A program made the position numbers and the translations under genes. Positions 1 to 12,342 of a DNA stretch of 64,000 nt are shown in pieces; position 1 is the stretch's first letter; each line of letters begins with the position of its first letter. Source of the DNA: Eledone cirrhosa (lineage: Eukaryota); assembly GCA_964016885.1 (NCBI GenBank), contig OZ024742.1:64728001-64792000 (forward strand), in the 5' to 3' direction. Below the pieces are notes generated by a model. That model was not told where the DNA came from. It saw nothing but the letters and a program-made list of their open reading frames with translations, and did not search any database.

Positions 1-985
1 TCCCATGGTACACATTTTTCTTCTCTTATTTTGGTATGGATTGTTCAGCAGCTTCTTTATGGACAATCATGATGTTTTTATATATTTCATCAGTATTTCT
101 TTCTTCTGTGTTTGCCTGCAGTGTATTGAAACAGTTTCAGATTTCAGTTGAGTATTTGATTTGGATAGTATCATCAGTTAGCAGTGTATTCCAATCATAT
201 TTCACCTTCATTTTGGTTTGATTTTTATTGATTTTAGTTATTTTCACAGAAACAATTCTATGGTCAGAATTTACTGATGCAAAAGTGTTATAAGCTTCAC
301 AATTTAGTGCACTGTTTCTTCATTTCTTATTTATTAAAATGTAGTTCAGTTGTGCTTCCAATTTATTGGGATATGTGAAGGTTCATAACTTTCCTATTCG
401 TTTTTTGTATTGAAGATTAAGGTTTATCAGTCCACATTCTGTTGCAAAATCAAGTAAGGCCTGACCGTATCGATTTGTTTCTTGACAAAAAGAAAAATAT
501 TTTGAATCTGTGCCCAATTTTAGCATTAAAATCACCTGTGTTTATGATCATGTTGTGCTTTGGGATATTTTTCACAAGTTTGTTCAGATCTTGGTAGAAG
601 TTTATTGCATCTTCATCATCAGCAGAGTTTATGGGACTGTAACAACAAATAACAGTGATGGATGGGTTACCATTGAAAGTGGCTCTTATAGTTCTGATTT
701 ATTGGCTCTTATGTTACAGAGTGCTTCATAGCTTTTAGGATTGAGTAAGAGCCCAACACTTTTTATTTTTACATTGTTACTTGCTTTTTCAGCAGATGTC
801 ATGATAAGCATCCAACCTTTTCCCATTATAATATGGTGAATGTTGGCATCATCATGATATAAATGATGCTCTTGTATGCATATTACTTCAAGTCCTTGCT
901 TTTCTGCGTTTGATGTCAATTCACTCACTTTCATTTAGGTATTTCGAGTATTGACATTGAAGTTGGAAACTATAAGTATTTTTTT
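1..985 (-). mobile_element. Degenerate non-LTR retrotransposon, APE-like endonuclease region
   Basis: Minus-strand motifs VICIQEH, VGLLL, CYSP, GDFNAK (about 520-537) and SDHRIV (about 251-270), interrupted by stops and frameshifts. Confidence 0.8.
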
Positions 986-2142
986 ACTTTTAATAAAGTC
1001 GGTTTGTTTCAGTTTTGGTTTACCTGAAACAGACATTTCAATCATTATAACCTGGTCTTTCACTGTGTCGTGCTCCTATTTCACGCACATGGGGTTTTGT
1101 TTTGTATGTTACTTATCATTGTTGTCTTTCTGTTTTCTATTGTAATGACAATCGGTAGTAATTCCTGAATGTCATCGCAGTAATGTTGCCACTGTAGTCA
1201 ACCATGTCATCTGCCATTGATATATGTGAATGTGCCGGAGTATCTGTCAATAACTGCCATATTTACTTCTAGTGTCCTGTTCCCAACACTAGGATTTAAA
1301 AGTTTTCTCCTATGAGCAACCCGTTTTCTGTCCACCACTGTTTATTCTGTATATTAACAGCTAACCTCTATATTTAAAAGCATTGCCCCTATCCACAACC
1401 TATCCGTTAGATAATATTATACCAGAGTTGTAAAATAAAATAATGATGTATAATAAAATGATAATATAATATAATAATAAAAAACTAAGAGTATAAATGT
1501 TCAAAAGCTAAAAAGATAAAAGGATATTATTTACAATTTCACACACGAACACACATTATATAGGCATAAATATGTACATACTAATGGATGATTATTGATT
1601 CACATGAATTCCTTTGCCTTTTGACAGGTTTTGCTTTTCATCTTGCAGGATGTCCAATAACCACCCTCTTCACCAAGGAAACTTGGTGGGGTTGCCAGTT
1701 TAGTCACCAACAACTCAACCATGCAACAAGTTGTACTGGTTTACATATTACCAGTAGCACTTTGGAGCAACCTGACATAACTTAATAGTAAAGTGGATGT
1801 TAATATATTTGTTGTAATTATAATTACATCCTCAGTGAGAACAATTATTATTTAAATGATTCATTCTGGTTAAAAATTAAAATTAATCAAAAATTGATTA
1901 AATATGAAATACAGTGGAGGAATAATTTTAATCTTTAGCTGTATAATAACAGTGCTAGATATGTTTCAATTGTATAACCCTCCTCAGCACAACAGTCTAA
2001 AAGTGACTGCAAGATCACAGAATAACTAGAGCACACTATATAAGACTTCTTTATAATGAACATTGAATGGCGTTATAGATTAAAAGAATGACTGAAAAAT
2101 AATACCTATAGACACCTGTTGCATGATATTGAAAGAGCCTTA

Positions 2143-2277
<135 letters not shown>

Positions 2278-2912
2278 TTATACATATATAAACACAATTT
2301 ATACATATATAAACTGTAGTGAACTATAATATTTCATCATATATATATGATGAAATATAATAGTTCACTACACTATATATATGGTGAAATATTATTATTC
2401 ACTACATTACACTGTATATATATAGTGAGATATCACAAAGGATGGCACACACACACATGTATAATATATCATACATATAAAACTTAAAGTGCTCAAAGCC
2501 CATAGAAAACAGCTCAATGGACAACCTAACTCCTGTGTAGAGACATTCATTGGTTTGTGTTGATCTTGATAATACAATAGTTCTAATACCAGAACCTCAA
2601 CCTCCTGTCACCAAATACACAAGAAGTTACATCTTTATTAGTTCAATAATTTATATATAAATAAACAAATATATAGCATGCAATTGGTTTAAAGAAGGTA
2701 TTGGCTTATATTATAGGGTAGGTTGTTGATGGATATTGACTGTTGTTACAGTGGACATAATAATCAAATCTGTAAAACCTTTCTTGTAAGATTAACTGAA
2801 ATATTCATCTGCTCTATTTAAGAGGTGCTAAAAGAAAGAAAGTGAAAAGGTTATCTTACAACATATCACTCTAATGATTAACAGATGTGGTATAGTAGAT
2901 TTTTATGTGCAG

Positions 2913-3660
2913 ACGGAAAATGTGTAAAGAGAAGATGTGTAAGGAGAATATGTAGAGAGAAAATGTGTGTAAAGAGAATGTGTATAGAGAGAATATGTAA
3001 AAAAAAATGTATAAAGAGAAACGTATAAAGAGAAAATGTGTAAAGAGAAAATATGTATAAAGAGAAAATATGTATAAAGAGAAAATGTATAAAGAGAAAA
3101 TGTGTAAAGAGAAATGTGTAAAGAGAAAATATGTCATCATCATCATCATTTCATTTTACGTCCGCTTTTTCCCTGCTTGCAAGGGTGGGACGGAAACTGA
3201 TGCTGGCTAAAACCAACCTCATTTACAGTGAGTGCTGGGTGCTTTTTTGCAGTGGCACCTCCACGACCACTTTGCAGTGGAATGATATGGACCCCAGTCC
3301 CTATCATCTCATTTCTACAGCTGAGTAAACTGGAGCAATGTGAAATAAAGTGTCTTGCTCAAAGAAACAACACATCACCCGGTCTGAGAATTGAACTCAC
3401 AACCTTTCGATTGCAAGGCCAATGCTCTAACCACTAAGCCATGTGCCTCCATGTATAAAGAGAAATGTATACAGAGAAAATATATATAAAGAGAAAATGT
3501 GTAAAAAGAAAATGTGTAAAGAGAAAAAAATGTGTAAAGAGAAAAAAATGTGTAAAGAGAAAAAAATGTGTAAAGAGAAAAAAATGTGTAAAGAGAAAAA
3601 ATGTGTAAAGAGAAAAAAATATGTAAGAATAAAGAGAAGATATGTGTTTAGAGAAAGAAA
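2913..3660. repeat. Purine-rich ~15-18 bp minisatellite (aaagagaaaatgtgt), split by a SINE
   Basis: Visible tandem units at 2913-3132 and 3450-3660; source of the KEKKMC spurious ORFs. Confidence 0.85.
3134..3449 (-). mobile_element. tRNA-derived CORE-like SINE with RTE-type tail, inserted in a minisatellite
   Basis: A/B boxes (tggcttagtgg, gagttcaattc), CORE-like ttgagcaagacactttatttcacattgctccag, (GAT)n tail; near-identical to 23525-23850. Confidence 0.85.
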
Positions 3661-3679
3661 ATGAAAACAATCATCTTAC

Positions 3680-3749
3680 CACGTATCACTCCCATGATTA
3701 AAGGATGCGGTATAGCAGATTTTATGTGCAATGATTGTTCATAAAGTTT
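3680..3749 (-). CDS. COPS2: COPS2 coding exon 7 ([23 protein letters not shown])
   Basis: caacag| acceptor, G|gtaaga donor, 70 nt; [23 protein letters not shown] motif. Confidence 0.96.
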
Positions 3750-4497
3750 CTGTTGGTGGAAAGACAAAAATAAAGAGTTAATTCAATATAATTGAAGACA
3801 TTGAAGCAATTAATATAGAAACTGGTAGAATATACATATAGCATGGACACATTTTAAAATATTATTATAAATAAATTAGAGTTAAGACATGCAGCCTAGT
3901 AGCTAAAGGCACTTCATTTGCTCCAGTCCACTGAGCTGAAGTGTGTAGTTGTAGCAGAGGTTAACCTTCAGACAAACTGCTGTCTCATCTACATTAATCT
4001 GACAGTGTTGGTGCCATGATAAAATTAACCCAGTGCATATTGTAAAGTGGTATTGCTAGTACAACAATAAAATACACCCAGTATACACTGTAGATAAAAT
4101 ATAGAACAGTGTTGTAGATGTGTATAGGTGTTTATGTAGAACAGTGTTGTAGATGTGTTTAAGTGTTTATGCATAATAGGTGTTCATGTAAAATATTTGG
4201 AGTTGTAGATGTGTTTAGGTGTTCATGTAGTATATAGACTGTTATAGATGTGTTACAGTATTCATATAGAACATGTAGTTTTGTAGACATGTTTAGGTAT
4301 TCATGTAGAACATTTAGCGTTGTAGATGCTTAGGTGCAATGGCAATCTACTAGGCTTCTTACATGTCCTGGTAGCTTTTTATGAGAATATCTGTTATATA
4401 GTGCAGTTGATATGTGAGTGTAGTCTGTATACAGCCATTATTTCAGATTCCTTCTATGTTCTGCTGTTTTATGCAATCAAAAAGGAAGTATAATCAT

Positions 4498-4706
4498 TTA
4501 ACTCTTTAGTTACTATATTTCTAATCAAAATCACTATCAATGATTTTCAAATAATTTTGAAAATAATCAAAAATTGAGCTGGAGAGTGGGTATTTAATAA
4601 TATAATTAATTTTCTCATTATTAAGTTATGGTGGATGGTTTTAAGATAAACCTAAACAATTTATAAACATGGGCAGTTTCAGGTTGTTTGGTATCAAAAG
4701 AGTTAA
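4498..4706. mobile_element. TTAA-flanked MITE (piggyBac-like)
   Basis: ttaa-ctcttt...aaagag-ttaa termini; related copies at 7336-7579 and 30306-30542, fragments near 21392, 22623, 24308, 49716. Confidence 0.65.
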
Positions 4707-4752
4707 ACAACTGACATATTGTGTTAACACAGATAATATGTTGTGAACTTAC

Positions 4753-4857
4753 CTTTAATTTCTTATCATTCTTTTGTACAGTGTGCATCTGGATTTCTAA
4801 AGCATATATTTCTAGAAGTTGTGTTCCTTTCTTTAAGTCATCTTCACCTTCTTTAGT
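4753..4857 (-). CDS. COPS2: COPS2 coding exon 6 ([35 protein letters not shown])
   Basis: ttag| acceptor, |gtaagt donor, 105 nt; [21 protein letters not shown] motif. Confidence 0.96.
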
Positions 4858-6036
4858 CTAACATTGCAGGCAATTAAATAAACATAAAAAAAGAAAGTGT
4901 CAACAGTACACAATGTGTCATTTTAACAATGTTGGTTATATCACAGTTTATTTTAATGGAAAATGTGTTGGTGCCAAGGAAAAAAGCACACAGCCAACCC
5001 TTTAAAGTAGCAGTGCTAGTGCCATGACAAAAAGCACCCAGTCCACTTTGTAAGGTGGTAATGTTGAAGTCATGATAAAATGCTCTCAGTATACAGCATT
5101 AGGAAGAGCATGCAGCTGTAGAAACCAAGTCAAAAATGGAACAAGACATGGTCACTTGACCAGTCTAGCATCAGTATGTCACAACTCCTTCAACTCTTGG
5201 AAAATAGATGTTAAACGGAGATGGTGATGTGATATGTATTTGTGTGTGTGCATGCCAAAAAGGGTTGAGAAGACCCTCCTGTCATGAAACAACCTCTCTT
5301 AGGATGCTGAGCTGGAAAGATGTGACCAACCTAACCAAGGAGGTATTTAGAAAGAAAAATGTAAAAATAAGAAAATAATATGAAAAATATACTTAGCAAA
5401 AAAAAAATTTTAAATAAGTTTAGACATGTATCATCATCATCGTTTAACATCTATCTTCCATGCTAATTTATTGTATGAAAATTTCTTCATAATTCCTTTA
5501 TTCATAATCTGCTGTGATACATATTTCTGTGGTGTTCATAATTATGTGATACTGTGAGAGTCACACATCACATAAACATGAACACCATAGCGGATTATGA
5601 ATATCTACATCTGGTCTTCACAATTATCATTATTGCATGTATACTCTGTCATGGACTAACAAATTGTATTTGGAATACACATGATGTCAAGTGCTTAAAT
5701 CTAATTGTATCATCTTCCACTGATTGGTGTGTTGCATACAAAACCCTGGTTAATCAACATATATATATATATAGAGAGAGAGAGAAGGTATACAAGCAAG
5801 ACCACAAATGTATTCAATGTATGATGAAATGCTGAGTCAACATAGTGAAGAGGTATATTTTCAAAGGAACTTAAAGATACTTGTGGAAACAAGTTGATAT
5901 TACTGGATTTGCTATTTGGGATTCTACCTCTTCACACACACTGCACATATTTACTCTCACACAAACACTTTAGGCTTACCATTCAATATTTCTGTGTCAT
6001 GTACATTTATTAGAAATTATATTTTCAAGCACAAAC

Positions 6037-6204
6037 CTGGCAGGAATTATGAAGCTCTTTCAGAATGGATTTCAATTTACCATATTCGTTTCTGTCAAAA
6101 TAAAGTTTACCAAGCTTGGTGTTGGTTTTGAACCATAGTCTCTCATTTTTAGCTTCTTTCAGGGCTTCTAAGGTTGTTTCATAAAAGTTCTGAAGTAATA
6201 CCAT
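6037..6204 (-). CDS. COPS2: COPS2 coding exon 5 ([56 protein letters not shown])
   Basis: tttcag| acceptor, |gtttgt donor, 168 nt; [26 protein letters not shown] motif. Confidence 0.96.
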
Positions 6205-6286
6205 CTGAAAGAGAGAGACGAAACATCAACAAGAAGTAGTCATATAAACAGGAAGTCCTCAGCTAATACAAGGATTCACAAAAAAA

Positions 6287-6840
6287 GGCATATGGCCTAG
6301 TGGTTAAGGTATTGGACTCATAATCATATGGTTGTGGATTCAAATCCTGGATCAGACCATGGGTTGTGTGCTTGAGCAAGCTGCTTCTTTTCACATTGCT
6401 CTTTTCATGTTGGGACTGGAGCCCCTACCATTAAAACACCTAAGAAACCTCCTATGAGATGCAACCTTGTGGGAGGCTAGCTAAACCAACATATGTGTGA
6501 GCTGTAAATTTTCTTTTAATCAGGTATTTAGACACAGATATGTGAATATACTCATCTATACACCAGTAAACAACAAATGTACATTTACATAAACACATAT
6601 GCATATGAAGTATAATGAAAATAAAATTTACAGCTCACACCTATGTAGGTTTAACCAGCCTTCTACAAGGGTGAATCTCATTGGTTTCGTAGGTATTTTA
6701 ATAAAGCCCCCAATCTTATTATGAAAAGCAATATGAAATGAAGTGTCCTGTTCAAGAAGACAATGCACTACTCAGTTCAGGAATTGAAACCACAATGCTA
6801 TGATCATGAGTCTAACACCCTAACCACTAGGCCATGTGTC
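6287..6840. mobile_element. Two tRNA-headed SINE copies arranged tail-to-tail (imperfect inverted repeat)
   Basis: 6287-6510 (+) and 6624-6840 (-) are diverged reverse complements; a third tail fragment lies at about 7835-7920. Confidence 0.7.
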
Positions 6841-7335
6841 TTATGCACAAACTAAACTATGAAATTTGAAATGTCATCATGCATAACCTGCTCATTTTTC
6901 ACAAAAATACATGTAAAACTAGCATGTGACATGTCTACTGGATCTATAAAGCCTCAGTTCAAAATATAAGGCACATTGCAAATGTATGTAAAATGTATTT
7001 GTGACTTATCTACCAGACCTACAAAATTTCAGTTCAAAATATAAGGTACATTGTGAATCCAACATTAACAACTGCCAATACACCATCTTTTTATTGGTAT
7101 GGATATCGTTGAGATAATAGGTTGATAGGCTAAATGGCTTTCATTAATTTTCACTTTTTTATACCACTACATTCAGAGTTCAAATCCCACTGGAATTGAC
7201 TTCTAAAATCAAACAAATACCAGTAATATATAAAGGTAAATTTAAGTGATTATATCCTTTTACTTACAAAATCCTTATTCTAGTTATATGTAATCATATT
7301 TTGTCACAAACAGTTAAATATAACAAAACATGATG

Positions 7336-7579
7336 TTAACCTTTTTGATACCAAATTGTATGAAACTCTCTTTGATTCTATGAAATAAAACTTTATTATT
7401 TATATTTATCTAAAAACCTATCATAATTTTATTATGAACCTTTATGTTCAAAACACTACATGAATAATGAAAAAGTTAGTGATATTAATAAACACTTCCA
7501 AATTCTTGATAATTTTTCCAATGATTTAAACTTCATAGGGAATGTCTTTCATGAGAAATATGGTAATGAAAAGGGTTAA
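7336..7579. mobile_element. TTAA-flanked MITE (piggyBac-like)
   Basis: ttaa-cctttt...aaaaggg-ttaa; same family as 4498-4706. Confidence 0.7.
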
Positions 7580-7625
7580 ACAAAACAACAAAATAGAATA
7601 CTTTTCCCTTTAGTAAATGTTTTAC

Positions 7626-7751
7626 CTGTTGAGATGTAGAAATATAATCCAAAATGGAGTTGATGGATTTCTCTGAATAGTTGCGAGTAACTGCAGACTT
7701 GATGTAGGTCAGCAGCTGTTTATAGCGTTTCATCATTTCATCATAATTTTC
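7626..7751 (-). CDS. COPS2: COPS2 coding exon 4 ([42 protein letters not shown])
   Basis: ttccag| acceptor, |gtaaaa donor, 126 nt; overlaps ORF 7533..7760; [29 protein letters not shown] motif. Confidence 0.97.
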
Positions 7752-7959
7752 CTGGAACAAAATAAAACAAAATTTAAGAGAGCTCTAGCTGAATAGTGAG
7801 AAGAATGCTTAGTTATTAAAAAAAATGTAATTGAAATTTACAGCTTACACCTCTGTAGGTTAAGCTTGCCTCCTATAAGGTTGTATCTCATAAGAGGTTT
7901 TTCATGTGTTTTAATAAGAGCCAACAGTCAACTAATGTTGTCCAAGGGACAGGCAAAGA

Positions 7960-8720
7960 CCAATACAGTTTGATATCAGTAACTCATAGGTTACTGGATA
8001 GGTTTGTTGTTGAGTGCTGTACAGCAGAAATGAAAATCAGTGCTGCAAAGTCTGAGATACTTCTTCTCTCAAGAAAGCCTGCACAGTGCACTCTGCATGT
8101 GAGAGGAGTTACATTGAAGCAGGTGGAGAAGTTCAAGTATCTTGGGGCTGTGTTCACAAGTGATGGAAGGCAGGAGGCTGAATTAAATGCAAGAATTGCT
8201 GGAGCTCGTAATGTAGCATTTCTTGCAATTCTTGCATTTAATTCAGAGGTAGGTATAAATGTCAAACTCACTATCTTCAATTTGGTGTTCATGCCTACCC
8301 TTATCTATGGCTGTAAATCTTGGGTATACAAGCCACCAAACTGGAGTTATTCGGAAAGGTCTTGGAGTAATATTACTTGATAGGGTGCGTAGCTTGATCA
8401 ACGAGTCACTTCAAGTAGAGCTTCTATTTTTCCACATTGAGAGATCATAGATTTGGTACTAAGGACATGTGATTAATGTGTCTAAGGAAAGAACCTTTGG
8501 AGAGATTTTATGGACAAAGCTAACTGGCAGGAGACCCAGAAGTAGACTACAAGCAAGATAATTAGATAACATCCATGAGCTTCATTGGTTTCACTTGGGG
8601 ATCGATCCAGATCAATTGGAGATGGTTGTTTCTGATAGGATCCTCTGGAAGGCGTCTCTGAGAACTCTGCTACCACAGCCCTCCCAAGAAGAAGGAGACG
8701 AGAAGAAGAAGAAAAAGAAG
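7960..8720 (+). mobile_element. 5'-truncated degenerate RTE-clade LINE (RT C-terminus and thumb)
   Basis: ORF 7904..8380: MKISAAKSE...LKQVEKFKYLGAVFTSDGR...PTLIYG; (GAA)n tail near 8690-8720. Confidence 0.8.
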
Positions 8721-9058
8721 TATGTACAGCATATATACAACATATACATAATATATACAACCTCTAGTGTTAGTAATCTACATGATAAATGCACCCAGTA
8801 CACACTATAAAGTTGGTAGTAATAGGAAGGGTATCCAACCATAGAAAGCTTGCCAAACAAAGGGTTGGGAGGACCCTCAGTTGTGTCAAAGATGTAACAA
8901 CCTCTCCTGTGCACTAGGTAGAATGAGAGACTATACATAAGCAAGATGCAGATCCCTGCTTCAGTACTGATTTGGTCTATGTAGACACGCCCAACTCTTG
9001 CCAACAGAGAAAGTGAATGTTAAAATGACGATGGCGGTGATATACAATATATATTTAC

Positions 9059-9139
9059 CAATTTGAAGTTGATTTTAATCATTTGTTTTAAGGCCTTAAA
9101 GCCCCATTCTCCTTTATCTTTCCCTTCCAATTCAAGGAC
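9059..9139 (-). CDS. COPS2: COPS2 coding exon 3 ([27 protein letters not shown])
   Basis: tttcag| acceptor, |gtaaat donor, 81 nt; [17 protein letters not shown] motif. Confidence 0.96.
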
Positions 9140-9546
9140 CTGAAATGAGAAAAAGGAAAACATTACACATATAGCCTTTAAAAGGATTTTCATTAAATCT
9201 CAACATCCTGCACCACATGAAACCACATTATCAACACATTCTTGAAAAGTACAAAACCACACAATGACTACATCATATTAAAAATTAGTGTTAACTCAAA
9301 TACTGCAAATTTTCACAACAATCTGTCCACTAGTAAAAACACTACAATCATTTGAATTAACAAACTCATTTTTAGATATTTTCTGCTAAATCATGACAAG
9401 CTGTCAAAACTTTCAATAACTTGTAGTGTATTTCAATTAGAAGAGACTAAATTAGTTGCTGGTTGAACTACTTAATTCACATTTCTGTCTGTTTCCATCT
9501 CTAGTACAAACCAAATTCCACAAAAAGAAAAGAAGTGTGTGCTTAC

Positions 9547-9660
9547 CATGTGGAAATTATCCAGAGCTTTTCTAGGATCATCTTCTTTTAAGGCTTTAGA
9601 ATTGTAATATTGGTTTTCAAGATCAACATCGGGTTCTGAGTTGCTCTCTTCAGAATATTC
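9547..9660 (-). CDS. COPS2: COPS2 coding exon 2 ([38 protein letters not shown])
   Basis: tttttag| acceptor, |gtaagc donor, 114 nt, phase 0; [18 protein letters not shown] motif of CSN2. Confidence 0.96.
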
Positions 9661-10999
9661 CTAAAAATAATATTAACAACAATAATAATAATGAATTCTA
9701 ATTTAAGCACAAGACCAATAATTTTAGGAAGAAGGCAAAATCCATTAGGCTGCACTCATTTCTTTATTAAGTTGTGTAGTCACCCTCAATTACACAAGCA
9801 TGGAAAATAGACATTAAATGATGTAAGGAAAGGTAGTGGTGCTAGTGCCATGATAAAAAGCACACAGTCTGCAGTGTAAATTAGTAGTGCTGGTGCCACA
9901 ATAAAAAAAGTCCATGTAAGGTGTTGTTACATGTGCCATAAAAGAGGCTGCCAGTCCACATGGTAAAGTGGTTAGCATTAAGAAGTGCATCCAGTGATGG
10001 AAACCAAGCTAAAAATGGAACGTACGAACGTATGTGACAGCCTGTCTAATTCATTCAAGCATGGAAAATAGACATTAAACAATGATGATAAGTACTTCAC
10101 TGGTATTTTATTCTATTGACACTGGAAAGAGGAAAGGCAAAGTTAACCATGGCAGGATTTGAACTCAAAATGCAAAGAGCCAAAAATAATATTGTTAAGG
10201 ATTTGCCCAACATTCTAATGACTCTGCCAATTCACTGTCCTTTCTAATTTATGCCCAAGGCCAGCAAAAGAAAAAAAATGAGGAGAAAGTCGATATTGAT
10301 CTAATTACTTGACAAGCATTGTATCTTTATGCACACTGAAAGATGAAAGTCAAAGTTGACTTTGGCAGAATCTAAACTCAGAACATAAAGAGTTATAACA
10401 AATACCATAAATCACCTGCCAAATGCTCTAACGATTCTGTCACCCCACCACCCTAAATAATAGTTGTAGTAATATGTTTGTGTACAACCTCCATCAGTTC
10501 TGACAATGAGTGTTCCAGTTGTTCAAACAATGGAACAGCCTGTTCATGAAATTAATGTGCAAAAAGCAGAACATTCCATAGACACGTACCCTTAATGTAG
10601 TTCTCAGGGAGAGTCAGCATGACAAGACTGGCCCTCTGAAATACAGGTAGAACTCAATTTTGCCAGCTGAGTGGACTGGAGCAACATGAAATAAAGTATT
10701 TTGCTCAAGGACAAAAGGAATAACTGGGAATCAATCTCACAACCTTATAATTACAAGCCAAACACACTAACCCTGAAGACACATGCCTTTGCCAATAATA
10801 ATAATGATTTCTAATTTAGGTACTTTTACTGGTACTTTATTTGATTGATCACAGAAGGATGAAAGGCAAAGGTGACTAGCAGGATTTGAACTCAAAACGT
10901 AGAAAATCATAATTAAATACAGCAAAGCATTTTGTCCAAGTCTCTAATAATTCTGCTAATCTACCACCCTAAATAGTTGTTGTAGTAGTAATAATAATA

Positions 11000-11375
11000 A
11001 TGATTTTTGATTTAGGTTTAGGTACAAGGCCAATAATTTTGGGGGAGGGAAAAGTTGATTAAATCGACCCCAGTGTGTTACTGGTATTTTATTTTATTAA
11101 CCCTACAAGGATGAAAGGTAAAGCTATCCTCAGTGGGATTTGAACTCAGAACATAAAGAACCATAAATATATGCAGCAAAACATTATGTCCGACACTCTA
11201 CCGATACTGCCAATCCACCGCCCTACTGTAGTAGTAATAATAATTGTTTCTACTTTTGGCACAAGGCCAACAATTACCCAGTGCATTACTGGTACTTTAT
11301 TTTATCAACTTTGTAAGGATGAAAGGCAAAGTTAACCTCGGCGGGATTTGAAATCAGATCATAAAGGGCCGTAAG
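11000..11375 (-). mobile_element. Cluster of tRNA-derived SINEs of a second family (Meta-domain-like)
   Basis: Body gcctttcatccttacggggtcgataaaataaagtaccag recurs about 20 times, e.g. 26560-26670, 26725-26905, 33345-33447, 48310-48497, 54940-55125, 55417-55605, 56988-57176, 62069-62253. The domain name is from recall. Confidence 0.8.
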
Positions 11376-12342
11376 ACAAAGGGAAACAACAAAACATTAA
11401 AATAACAGCAGAAACAAGATAAAGCCTCAAAGTACGCTAGCACCAGTGTACACCCTCTCTCCTCATAAGAACACACAACACTGCACATTGAGGTGCATCT
11501 AGTGATGCAGTAGAAACTCACATGAAGCTGTCAAAGAAATTATAATATAGCAATATGTTGTATTACAGAAGTCTCATTTCTAAGTAAACCAGATGAAATG
11601 AGCACAGATGGTAGTAAAGAAACAGAGAAGTGCTACAATATGTAGTCCCTCTCCGACCCCTATTCCATCTGCCTTAGTCTTCTTTGTACACTTGAATGTG
11701 GTGGTAGTCGTAATAATATTAATGATAGTAGTAGGAGTGGTAATATTAATGATAGTATTGGTTGTGGTAATTTTATAATTATTATTATTAACAAAGAAAT
11801 TATTATTATCAGTTACATGTCTTTACGTTTTGAGTTCAAATCCCACTGAGGTTAGCTTTGTCTTTCATCCTAACGGGGTCAATAAAGTACAGTACCAGTA
11901 ATGCACTGGGGGAAAATTTAATTGACTTTCCCCCCTCTCCCAAATTGTTGGCCTTGAGCCTAAATCAGAAACTATTATTATTTATGGTAGTAATGGTAAT
12001 ATTGAGAGAGAGAGAGAGAGAGAGTTATAGCCATAAAACAAAGGAGGATTTTAAGGGTAGCATCAAATAGCTGTGTGGTTAGGTCACTTCACAATCACAT
12101 GGCTTCAGGTTGGACAAGTTGACCGAAACTGTCAGTTGGCCAGTACTATTTCCAAACTGTCACTTAATTTAAAGGTCACCTGCCTTTAGCAGAGTTCACT
12201 CTCTAGCAAGCATTTGGGCCAAATCTCCATAAAATGAAATCCTGATGTGATCGTCCATAATACAGAAACCTTTAAGGGGAGCTTCTTAGGTTCCTAAAAC
12301 CTGCCCCCATAGGTTCCTGTCCCTATTTGGTTTGCTGCTCTT

